From an uncultured Ruminococcus sp. (GTDB taxonomy: Bacteria; Bacillota; Clostridia; CAKSNL01; HGM11501): a stretch of 29,791 bases of DNA. Positions 16,656 through 24,656 of this stretch are shown here, in pieces. The first letter of the stretch is position 1, and every line of letters begins with the position of its first letter. The stretch covers positions 1-29,791 of the forward strand of contig CAZRUB010000002.1 of NCBI GenBank assembly GCA_964603185.1, in the 5' to 3' direction. The notes below the pieces were generated by a model. The model was not told the origin of the DNA. It ran no database searches and saw nothing but the letters and a program-made list of their open reading frames with translations. The translations under genes were made by a program, and so were the position numbers.

Positions 16656-17296
16656 ATATTGAAAAAACGGTTGAAAATTTAAGAAAAAACAACATGGAGG
16701 TTCATTTGGTCAAAACCAAGGCGGAGGCGTGCGAAAAAACGAGGGAGCTTTTGCAAAAGGGCGCAACTGTAGCCGTCGGCGGCTCGATGACGCTTTTCTA
16801 TTGCGGAATAATCGACCTTTTGCGAAGCGGAGAATACAATTTTCTCGACAGATACAAAAAGGAGCTTACGCCCGAGGAAACGGAGAAAATATTCAGAGAG
16901 TCCTTTTTTGCGGATGCGTATCTCACAAGCTCGAACGCGGTAACCGAAAACGGAGAGCTTTACAATGTGGACGGTAATTCAAACCGCGTGGCGGCAATGC
17001 TTTTCGGGCCCAAATCAGTTATTGTGGTGGTGGGAAAAAACAAAATCGTCCGCGATCTTGACGAGGCGGTAAAAAGAGTGAAAAAAATTGCCGCTCCCCA
17101 AAATGCGAAAAGGCTTTCATGCCAAACCTATTGCCTTAATGCCGGCGAGTGCATGTCCGATTGCCTTACCGCGTCCGGCATGACCGACGGTTGCGCCTCA
17201 CCCGGCAGGATATGCGCAAGCTATACCGTTATCGCTCGGCAAAGAATAAAAGACAGAATAAAGGTAATTATAATAGATGAAGAGGTAGGCTATTGA
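16652..17296 (+). CDS. LUD-domain ('lactate utilization') protein, clostridial Cys-rich type
   Basis: NLRKNNM, GGSMTL, ADAYLTSSNAVTENGELYNVDGNSNRVAAMLFGPKSVIVVVGKNKIV, RICASY. Start moved to ATG 16652 (GGAGGT RBS, ATGA overlap with tlyA). Confidence 0.85.
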   Translation: MNIEKTVENLRKNNMEVHLVKTKAEACEKTRELLQKGATVAVGGSMTLFYCGIIDLLRSGEYNFLDRYKKELTPEETEKIFRESFFADAYLTSSNAVTENGELYNVDGNSNRVAAMLFGPKSVIVVVGKNKIVRDLDEAVKRVKKIAAPQNAKRLSCQTYCLNAGECMSDCLTASGMTDGCASPGRICASYTVIARQRIKDRIKVIIIDEEVGY

Positions 17297-17309
17297 TAGG
17301 GGGATACAT

Positions 17310-18005
17310 ATGGATAAAAAACAGATATTGGTTGTTGATGACGAAAGAAGCATAAGCGATATTCTCAAAATCAACCTGGAAAAGGAAGGCTATTTTGTTT
17401 TGACGGCGGCCGACGGCGAGGAGGGCTTAAATCTTGCGCTCCGCGAGGAGGTTGACCTTGTTCTGCTTGACGTCATGCTTCCCAAAATGGACGGCTTTGA
17501 GGTTTGCAAAAAAATCAGGCAGAAGAGCGAGGTGCCGATAGTTATGCTGACGGCGCGAAGCGAAGAAATAGACAAAATTCTGGGGCTTGAGCTCGGCGCC
17601 GACGATTATGTTACCAAGCCGTTTTCGGTGAGGGAGCTGCTTGCCAGGGTGAAGGCAAACTTAAGAAGAACCGTTTCGCAGAAGGAGGCGGAGCCCTCCG
17701 AGGGCGATATAAAAATCGGAGAAATTACCATAAATACCGAACGCTATGAGCTCAGAAAAAGAGGAAAGGTAATAGAGCTTACCTTAAGGGAATTTGAGCT
17801 TGTGAGGTTTTTGGCGGAAACCCCGAACAGAATTTGCTCCCGCGATACCATTTTGAGAAAGGTGTGGGGCTATGAATATGTAGGCGACGACCGCACGGTT
17901 GACGTTACGATAAGCCGCCTGCGCGAAAAAATAGAGGATAACCCCGGTGAGCCGGAATATATCATGACCCGCCGCGGAATCGGATACTATTTTTATAAGG
18001 AATAG
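17310..18005 (+). CDS. walR: OmpR-family response regulator, WalR/YycF-like
   Basis: ILVVDDE, LLDVMLP (phospho-Asp), LGLELGADDYVTKPFS, LTLREFEL, RTVDVTISRLREKIED.P..PEYIMTRRGIGY; upstream of a WalK-like kinase and yycH/yycI. Confidence 0.85.
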   Translation: MDKKQILVVDDERSISDILKINLEKEGYFVLTAADGEEGLNLALREEVDLVLLDVMLPKMDGFEVCKKIRQKSEVPIVMLTARSEEIDKILGLELGADDYVTKPFSVRELLARVKANLRRTVSQKEAEPSEGDIKIGEITINTERYELRKRGKVIELTLREFELVRFLAETPNRICSRDTILRKVWGYEYVGDDRTVDVTISRLREKIEDNPGEPEYIMTRRGIGYYFYKE

Positions 18006-18010
18006 AAGCG

Positions 18011-19774
18011 ATGTTTAAGAGTATTCAATGGAAGATACTGACGCTTTTTATTTTGTTGACCGTAAGCGTAATGACCTTTGTGGGAGTGTTTTCCTCCTGG
18101 GGAATATCGAAATATTATCATCGGCAGTTTGCCGAGGATATGACGGAAAACACATTTACCGAATCCATGGTCAGCCAGCTTTCCGAGGCGGCGGCAACTT
18201 CATTTGAGGATATGAAGACGGTGCTTTCCGCGTTCAGCGTGCGTATGGGAATCGACTCGTACCGCGAGGTATATGTTTTGTCCGGCGAGGATGCAAGAGC
18301 TTTGTATTCGCTTTCCGGGAAAAATACCGAGGAGCGTTTCGAAATTACGGAAAACATAATAGCGGCACTTTCGGGAAAGGTCGGCTCGGCAACCGACGGC
18401 AGCGCCGAGGCGATGGATTTTGCGGTGCCGATAAAGGTGAACGGAAGGGTAAGCTATATAATTTACGTTACGGATACCAAGGTTGAAATGTATGAGGTCA
18501 TGAAAAGCATATTGAAAAACATTTTTCTTGCGCTTTTAATCGGCCTGGTAATTTCCGTTTTTCTCGGATTTGTTTTGTCCAAAACGCTTATCGCTCCGCT
18601 TGTCAGGCTTAAAAATTCCGCCGCACATATGGCGAAGGGCAACTTTACGGAGAAGATAAAGGTTTCCGGCGGCGATGAAATCGGAAGCCTTACGGATGCC
18701 TTCAATCACATGGCGGACGAGCTTAATTTCACGATGAACGAAATGTCCGTGGAAAAAAGCAAAATCGAAACCGTACTGCTTTATATGGCGGACGGCGTTG
18801 TTGCGTTTAATTCGGACGGGGTGCTTATTCATATAAATCCTGCGGCCATGCGTCTTTTGGGCATTACAAAGGAATCGGTCGGCGGGTTTGACGAGTTTTT
18901 CTCGAAACTCGGAGCAGATGTTACCATGGGACAGTTTTTATATCTCGGAAAGGAAATGACCGAGCTTTCGATCGATTATGCCGAGAGGCATTTTATGGCA
19001 TATCTCGCTCCCATAGAAAGCGAAGGCCGTGTAACGGGTGTTGTTTGCGTTTTCCAGGATTATACCAAGCAGCAGAAGCTGGAAAATGCGCGCCGCGAAT
19101 TCGTGGCAAACGTATCCCATGAATTGAGGACGCCGATCACGGTTATAAAAAGCTATACGGAAACGCTTATGGATTATCGGGAGCATGACGAAACAGAGAA
19201 AAACTTTTTCGAGGTGATCGATTCCGAAACCGACCGCATGACGCGGCTTATCTCAGACCTTTTGGCTTTATCCAGGCTGGATAACGGCAGTGAAATGAAG
19301 AAGGCACCGTTTTCGCTTCGCGAGTTGTTGCTTTCCTCCTGCAGGCGCATGAACGTGGAAGCGAAAAAGCGCGGACAAACCATTTCCGAAAGCATTGACG
19401 AATTCATGCCGGAGGTAATCGGTGACCGCGACAGAATAGACCAGGTTGTTGTTAACATAATAGGGAATGCGCTTAAATACACGCCCGACGGCGGAACGAT
19501 AGAGGTTTTCGGAAAATGCGAGTCTGACGCGGCCTTAATCACGGTTAAGGATAACGGAATCGGCATACCGGAGGCAGACCTTCCGCATATTTTCGAGCGG
19601 TTTTACCGTGTTGACAAGGCGCGAAGCCGCTCTGCCGGAGGAACCGGGCTCGGCCTTGCGATAGCCAAGGAGATAGTGGATGCTCACGGGGGAGAGATAA
19701 GTATTAAAAGCACGGAGGGCGAAGGAACCGCGGTTTATATAAGGCTTCCGCTAAGCCGAAAAAAGGCAGACTGA
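18011..19774 (+). CDS. walK: Sensor histidine kinase, WalK/YycG-like (2 TM, HAMP, PAS, HisKA, HATPase)
   Basis: FKSIQWK N-terminus, DEIGSL..AFNHM (HAMP), MADGVVAF (PAS), FVANVSHELRTP, NALKYT, DNGIGIP, FERFYRVDKARSR, GTGLGLAIAK. Confidence 0.85.
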   Translation: MFKSIQWKILTLFILLTVSVMTFVGVFSSWGISKYYHRQFAEDMTENTFTESMVSQLSEAAATSFEDMKTVLSAFSVRMGIDSYREVYVLSGEDARALYSLSGKNTEERFEITENIIAALSGKVGSATDGSAEAMDFAVPIKVNGRVSYIIYVTDTKVEMYEVMKSILKNIFLALLIGLVISVFLGFVLSKTLIAPLVRLKNSAAHMAKGNFTEKIKVSGGDEIGSLTDAFNHMADELNFTMNEMSVEKSKIETVLLYMADGVVAFNSDGVLIHINPAAMRLLGITKESVGGFDEFFSKLGADVTMGQFLYLGKEMTELSIDYAERHFMAYLAPIESEGRVTGVVCVFQDYTKQQKLENARREFVANVSHELRTPITVIKSYTETLMDYREHDETEKNFFEVIDSETDRMTRLISDLLALSRLDNGSEMKKAPFSLRELLLSSCRRMNVEAKKRGQTISESIDEFMPEVIGDRDRIDQVVVNIIGNALKYTPDGGTIEVFGKCESDAALITVKDNGIGIPEADLPHIFERFYRVDKARSRSAGGTGLGLAIAKEIVDAHGGEISIKSTEGEGTAVYIRLPLSRKKAD

Positions 19775-19810
19775 GCCTCGGGCATGAATGTTAGGTAAAA
19801 ATAATACCGT

Positions 19811-19843
19811 TGTAACAGTCCTGTAACAATGGCGTGCTATAAT
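19811..19843 (+). promoter_or_regulatory. WalR-box direct repeat over the -35 position of an extended -10 promoter
   Basis: TGTAAC-agtcc-TGTAAC (19811-19827) matches TGTWAH-N5-TGTWAH exactly; TGcTATAAT at 19835-19843; no recognisable -35 hexamer. Confidence 0.78.
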
Positions 19844-19875
19844 AATATATATCAAGGAAAAAGGGGGTGCCGGCG

Positions 19876-20334
19876 ATGAAAAAGCTGGTTATGCTTTTAA
19901 CCGTACTTGCAATGCTCTTGTCCATGTCGGCAGTCAGCCTTGCTTCGGGTGTTTCTTATAAGGATGTGGGAAATGCCGCCAACATTTTGGTTATCAAAAA
20001 GCCCGAGAATGCACAGTCGCAGTCGAACAAAAGCGTTTATCCGGTTTCCGGTGTTGCCGATCCTTACTGCACGGTTACAATGCTTACATATAACGCGTCG
20101 GACGGTCTTTATTATCCCATAACCGATTCGGAGGGGAAGGCGCTTTCCACTACCGTGGGCGCAAGCGGATTGTTTTGCTTCAATGTTCAGCTTTCAACCG
20201 GTGACAATAATCTTGCGGTTCAGGCGGTTACGAGGGATAACGCAAAGGTTCAGCGTGTTTTCTTTAAGATAAATCTGGTTTCGCAGGGTTGGTTCAGCAG
20301 CATAAAAAGCCTTATAAACGGATGGAGTCGCTAA
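19876..20334 (+). CDS. Secreted hypothetical protein with predicted Ig-like beta-sandwich
   Basis: Signal peptide MKKLVMLLTVLAMLLSMSAVSLA; beta-rich mature region (VSGVADP..TVTM..VGASGLF.F.VQLSTGDNNLAVQA); AAGGGGGTG RBS favours ATG 19876. Confidence 0.8.
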   Translation: MKKLVMLLTVLAMLLSMSAVSLASGVSYKDVGNAANILVIKKPENAQSQSNKSVYPVSGVADPYCTVTMLTYNASDGLYYPITDSEGKALSTTVGASGLFCFNVQLSTGDNNLAVQAVTRDNAKVQRVFFKINLVSQGWFSSIKSLINGWSR

Positions 20335-20355
20335 GCTTAGCGGGGAGAAGCAAGG

Positions 20356-21801
20356 GTGAAGGAACGAATTAAGAGTGTTATTTTGATATTGCTGGTTTTG
20401 TGCAGTATCGGTCTTACTTCGGCTACATGGATGGAAGAAAGGCTATGGCCGGAAGGCTATAGCCTTTTTGGTGATTTAAAGACGTTGCCTGTTATCAGGC
20501 ATTTTTTCGAAAGCAATTATTCCGAGCCGTTGGAAAACATAAAAAAAGCAAGAAAAATCGTAATAGCGGACGGTAGCGGCTCCAGCTCGGTTTTCTATAA
20601 TTCCGACCGCGCATTTGAGGATGTTTATCGGGATATAGGAAAGCTGATAACGGGCTTCCTGGACGGAAGCGCAAGGGTGGGCACCAAAACGATGCTTACG
20701 CGCGAAAATGTGAGGGAGCTTTTGAATGAGCAGGTAATGTATGCCTACGTAAGCTATCCGGTTGCCACCACGCCGAAGCTTTTCGGCAGGCTTATGGGCG
20801 TTCCGGAATCGGAAAGCCTGGGAGAGCTCGGCGCCGTGAGGGATTTTTTCATTTTGCCCACGGGCGGCAACGGGACGGAACTTCTTGCCGTGGACTGCGA
20901 AAACACATACGTTGTGCGTTATGAGCTTTCGTACGAGGGTGCCGAGAGGCTTATTTCCGCCTTCTCCGACTATGTAACGGATGTGAGTCCGGAGCATAAC
21001 TGTATGCTGGCGTTGGAAATGAATTTGGATATTGCGGACGGCAGTGAAGCGGTAAAAATGAAAACAGTGTTGGATTCCTTCCTTGTTTTGGATTCGGCAT
21101 CCACGGCCAAGAACAGGCGCGTTGAAATTTCCGGGAAAAATCCGCTGGAAAACAACGAGAGCGCACTTGCCCGCACAATCGAAAAATTCGGTTTTAATCC
21201 CATGTCCATTCACCGCTATGCGGACGGCGAAGGAACGGAGGTTTATCTTGAAAACGACTCCATGCTGAGGATTTACAAAAACGGAATCATAGAGTATGAG
21301 GCAACGGGAGCGGAGCACGGAATCCCGATTTCGGGCGACTCGCTTTACGAATCGCTCAACAGTGCCGTGAAATTTGCCGGTGAGGTTTATTCCGCAGCCT
21401 CCGGCGAGGAATTTGACGTTAACGTTTCCGGCGATCTTTTATACGAATCCTCCAAAAGCGCAAGCTTCACGTTCGATTATTATTTTTCGGGAACCTCCAT
21501 CACCACGGATATAACCGCGGGCGGAGAGCCGCTTTCGCATGCGGTCGAGATAACGGTGGAGGGCGGAAGCATCACGAAGGTGAGAATGCTGCTTCGCGAA
21601 TACACGGAAACCGCAAATTACCGCGATACGATAACGATATACGAGGCCATAGACAAAATCGCTCTCATGCATTCCGAAGCCGACGAGCCGATAAAAATAG
21701 ACGATATATTCCTTTCCTATAAAGAGGACGGCGAAAGCGGCATTATTGTCCCGGTGTGGACGGGCTATGTTAACGGGGAGCGTGTTATCATAGAAAACTG
21801 A
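20356..21801 (+). CDS. yycH: YycH-like regulator of the Wal two-component system
   Basis: N-terminal MKERIKSVILILLVLCSIGLTSATW single-TM pattern, large extracellular domain, position downstream of walK. Confidence 0.78.
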   Translation: MKERIKSVILILLVLCSIGLTSATWMEERLWPEGYSLFGDLKTLPVIRHFFESNYSEPLENIKKARKIVIADGSGSSSVFYNSDRAFEDVYRDIGKLITGFLDGSARVGTKTMLTRENVRELLNEQVMYAYVSYPVATTPKLFGRLMGVPESESLGELGAVRDFFILPTGGNGTELLAVDCENTYVVRYELSYEGAERLISAFSDYVTDVSPEHNCMLALEMNLDIADGSEAVKMKTVLDSFLVLDSASTAKNRRVEISGKNPLENNESALARTIEKFGFNPMSIHRYADGEGTEVYLENDSMLRIYKNGIIEYEATGAEHGIPISGDSLYESLNSAVKFAGEVYSAASGEEFDVNVSGDLLYESSKSASFTFDYYFSGTSITTDITAGGEPLSHAVEITVEGGSITKVRMLLREYTETANYRDTITIYEAIDKIALMHSEADEPIKIDDIFLSYKEDGESGIIVPVWTGYVNGERVIIEN

Positions 21802-21823
21802 CGAAGGGAGCGTGAGCGGCCCC

Positions 21824-22588
21824 ATGAATTGGTCGAAAATAAAAACAGCATTGATATGCCTGTTTCTGGCGATAGATTTATTCCTGGTCGGCTGGGATAT
21901 AACGCATCTGCGTGGAAAAAGCACGGTAGATGATGAGGTAATAGAAAACACGGTTTCCCTTCTTCGCGACAGAGGTATTATCGTTTCAAGGGAGGTCGTG
22001 GACAATAAAACGCCGAGGATAGGCACGCTTACGGCCAAAAACCCCGTTGCGGACGAAGCCGATTTCATAGGGAAAATCCTCGGAAAGGGCTATATCAAGG
22101 ACGGCAACCGCTTTTATAAAGCGGGAAAAGAGGCGGAGCTTTTCGGAAGCGCCTTTAAGATAACGGAAAATATTAAAATTTCATCTGTTGACGAAGCAAA
22201 AAAATGGTTGGAGGATAACGGAATTTCCATGTCCGACACCGTTCAGACGGAGTATATGGGAAGCTATATTTTCAGAACCTTCTATATGGGGTATGAGCTT
22301 TTCGGAAGCAAAATAACCGTGAGAACGGAGGGGGAGAACACCGTTGCGGAGGGCACCGTGCTTTATGTTACGGAGGCGCAAGCCGCAAAAGAGGAGCTTT
22401 TGCATTCCACAAGTGTTTTGCCGGAGCTTGTTTCCGACGGAGTTAAGGCTTGCGAAATTATAAGCATTACACCGGGATACATGTGCATTTCGACGAACGA
22501 CGAGGGCTTTTCAGAGGCCGTTGCAAGCCCCGTTTACCGAATACTTCTTTCGGATGGGAGCGAGCTTTTTTATAACGCGATAAAGTGA
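21824..22588 (+). CDS. yycI: YycI-like regulator of the Wal two-component system
   Basis: MNWSKIKTALICLFLAIDLFL matches the YycI N-terminal pattern; C-terminal ITPGY..ASPVYRI; ATG 21824 chosen by homology. Confidence 0.8.
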   Translation: MNWSKIKTALICLFLAIDLFLVGWDITHLRGKSTVDDEVIENTVSLLRDRGIIVSREVVDNKTPRIGTLTAKNPVADEADFIGKILGKGYIKDGNRFYKAGKEAELFGSAFKITENIKISSVDEAKKWLEDNGISMSDTVQTEYMGSYIFRTFYMGYELFGSKITVRTEGENTVAEGTVLYVTEAQAAKEELLHSTSVLPELVSDGVKACEIISITPGYMCISTNDEGFSEAVASPVYRILLSDGSELFYNAIK

Positions 22589-22608
22589 CGAAAATGTGAT
22601 TTTTGTTA

Positions 22609-22637
22609 TTTACAAAAAGAAAAAAGTGTGATACAAT
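22609..22637 (+). promoter_or_regulatory. sigmaA promoter of tRNA-Arg
   Basis: TTTACA-17 bp-TACAAT with extended -10 (TGaTACAAT). Confidence 0.75.
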
Positions 22638-22670
22638 ATACTAAAGTGCCGCCGATTCGGCGGCTTATAC

Positions 22671-22747
22671 GTGCCCGTAGCTCAGCCGGATAGAGCAATG
22701 GCCTCCGACGCCATGTGTCGTGCGTTCGAATCGCATCGGGCATACCA
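22671..22747 (+). tRNA. tRNA-Arg(CCG)
   Basis: 77-nt cloverleaf: acceptor GTGCCCG/CGGGCAT, D arm GCTC/GAGC with GG and A20, anticodon arm ATGGC-CTCCGAC-GCCAT, T arm GTGCG-TTCGAAT-CGCAT, encoded CCA. Confidence 0.97.
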
Positions 22748-22783
22748 AAAATCGCCAGGATTTGACAAAATCTTGGCGATTTT
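22748..22783. terminator. Hairpin/terminator immediately after the tRNA
   Basis: AAAATCGCCAGGATTT-gaca-AAATCTTGGCGATTTT, 16-bp stem with one G-U pair. Confidence 0.8.
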
Positions 22784-22894
22784 ACTTATTACTTATTCCC
22801 TCTTCACTGTTCCTTACATATCGATTTTCGGAAAGCAATATGTAATAGTGAACGGGAAATATGTGTCAGGCTTTATATTCCCGATAAAAAAATG

Positions 22895-22923
22895 TTGCAA
22901 AAGAAACGAAAAAGCGGTATAAT
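22895..22923 (+). promoter_or_regulatory. sigmaA promoter of argS-helD
   Basis: TTGCAA-17 bp-TATAAT; about 30-nt leader with AAGGAG RBS, too short for a T-box. Confidence 0.8.
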
Positions 22924-22958
22924 AAGATATTAAGGTAATTGCATAAGGAGAATGAACG

Positions 22959-24644
22959 ATGGAATTTAAAAAATATGTTGCCGAAAAGGCGGCTCCGCTT
23001 TGCAATATGGAAGCGGATGAGCTTTATAATTTACTTGAAAAGCCGAAAGATGAGGCTATGGGCGACTTGGCGTTTCCGTGCTTCACGCTTTCGCGCACGC
23101 TTAAAAAGGCGCCGAACATGATTGCCGCTTCGTTGGCGGAGGGAATTAAGCCGGATGAGGTTATCGCAAGGGTAAATCAGGTCGGCGGATATTTGAATTT
23201 CTTCTGCAACCGCTCTGCCGCGGCAAAGAGCCTTATCGAGAAAATCGAATCGGAGGGCGAGAACTACGGCAAAAGCAACGAGGGGAACGGAAAAACGGTT
23301 TTGGTGGAATATTCTTCGCCGAACATTGCGAAGCCCTTTCATATAGGCCATCTTTTTTCGACTGCGGTAGGAAATTCGCTTTCTGAAATTTATTCGTTTT
23401 TGGGCTATGACGTGGAGCGTATAAACCATCTCGGTGACTGGGGAACCCAGTTCGGAAAGCTTATATGCGCATACAAAAAATGGGGCGACGAGGAAGCGGT
23501 TAAAAAAAGCCCGATGGCGGAGCTTACGAGAATTTACGTTAAGTTTCACGCGGAGGCCGAAAAGGCACCCGAGCTTGAGGATGAGGCGAGAGCGGAATTT
23601 CACAAGCTGGAGGTCGGGGATGAGGAAAATCACAGGCTTTGGAGCTGGTTCAGAGAGGAAAGCCTTAAAGAATTTATGCGCGTTTATGACGAGATGGGCG
23701 TCGGCTTTGACTCGTTTAACGGCGAAGCCTTTTATTCCGATAAGATGGACGCGGTTGTTTCCGAGCTTCGCGAGAAAAACCTTCTGACCCTTTCCGACGG
23801 TGCGGAAATAGTGGAATTTGAGGATATGCCGCCCGCGATAATATTAAAGCAGGACGGCTCCACGATATATGCGACCCGTGACCTGGCGGCGGCCGTTTAC
23901 AGGGCAAATACCTATAATTTTTATAAAAACATTTATGTTGTGGGCATTCCGCAGGCACTTCATTTCAAGCAGATATTCGCAACCTTAAAGAAAATGGGCA
24001 AGCCCTATGCGGATGATTGCGTGCATGTCGGCTTCGGAACGGTTAAATTTGCTTCCGGCGCGATGAGCACGAGAACCGGAAACGTTGTGCTTTTGGAAAC
24101 GGTGCTTTCGGAGGCGGTTAAGAAAACCGGTGAAATAATGAGGGAAAACGGAAATATAGGCGAAGAGCTTGAGGAAGCGGCAAAGAAGGTGGGCATCGGT
24201 GCAGTATTTTACACCTTCCTTAAAAATAGCCGCGAAAAGGACATTATCTTCGATTGGGACGACATTCTGGACTTTAACGGCGAATCGGGCCCCTATGTTC
24301 AGTACAGCTACGCGCGCGGCAGGAGTGTTTTAAGAAAGGAAGCGGCGCCCGAGGGCGAGGTAAGCTTCGATTATGAAATTACCGATGAGGAGTACGCGTT
24401 AATCAAGCTCCTTTCGGAATTTACCGATAACGTTCGGGCGGCTGCGGCAAAAAATGAGCCGTTCTGCATCACTCGCTATGTAACGCTGGTTGCCAAGGCG
24501 TTTAACAAGTTTTATAATACCGCTCCCATCTTAAAAGCGGAGGACAGCGTTAAAAGAGCGCGCCTTAAAATTACGGAGGCCTCCTGCATATGCATAAAAA
24601 ATGCGCTTTCGCTTTTGGGAATCAAAACCGTGGAGCGGATGTGA
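22959..24644 (+). CDS. argS: Arginine--tRNA ligase
   Basis: GDLAFPCF, EYSSPNIAKPFHIGH (HIGH), NHLGDWGTQFG, DGSTIYATRDLA, MSTR, GESGPYVQYSYAR, LGIKTVERM. Confidence 0.98.
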   Translation: MEFKKYVAEKAAPLCNMEADELYNLLEKPKDEAMGDLAFPCFTLSRTLKKAPNMIAASLAEGIKPDEVIARVNQVGGYLNFFCNRSAAAKSLIEKIESEGENYGKSNEGNGKTVLVEYSSPNIAKPFHIGHLFSTAVGNSLSEIYSFLGYDVERINHLGDWGTQFGKLICAYKKWGDEEAVKKSPMAELTRIYVKFHAEAEKAPELEDEARAEFHKLEVGDEENHRLWSWFREESLKEFMRVYDEMGVGFDSFNGEAFYSDKMDAVVSELREKNLLTLSDGAEIVEFEDMPPAIILKQDGSTIYATRDLAAAVYRANTYNFYKNIYVVGIPQALHFKQIFATLKKMGKPYADDCVHVGFGTVKFASGAMSTRTGNVVLLETVLSEAVKKTGEIMRENGNIGEELEEAAKKVGIGAVFYTFLKNSREKDIIFDWDDILDFNGESGPYVQYSYARGRSVLRKEAAPEGEVSFDYEITDEEYALIKLLSEFTDNVRAAAAKNEPFCITRYVTLVAKAFNKFYNTAPILKAEDSVKRARLKITEASCICIKNALSLLGIKTVERM

Positions 24645-24656
24645 GGAGCTGGCATT

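Noticed and set aside
20476-22068. Minus-strand ORFs 20476-21318 (280 aa) and 21439-22068 (209 aa)
   Set aside because: Antisense to yycH/yycI with no domain signature or promoter.
22589-22670. Absence of yycJ/walJ after yycI
   Set aside because: yycJ is often located elsewhere in Clostridia; absence cannot be judged from this window.
22748-22900. Possible integrated element (att site) at the tRNA-Arg 3' end
   Set aside because: No integrase, no duplicated tRNA 3' end in the window, and core genes on both sides.
22886-22901. AAAAATGTTGCAAA at the argS promoter, identical to the left half of the Crp-type palindrome
   Set aside because: Only one half-site, and it is explained by an A-tract plus the TTGCAA -35 hexamer.
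22924-22958. T-box leader for argS
   Set aside because: Leader is about 30 nt and has no T-box sequence or terminator.
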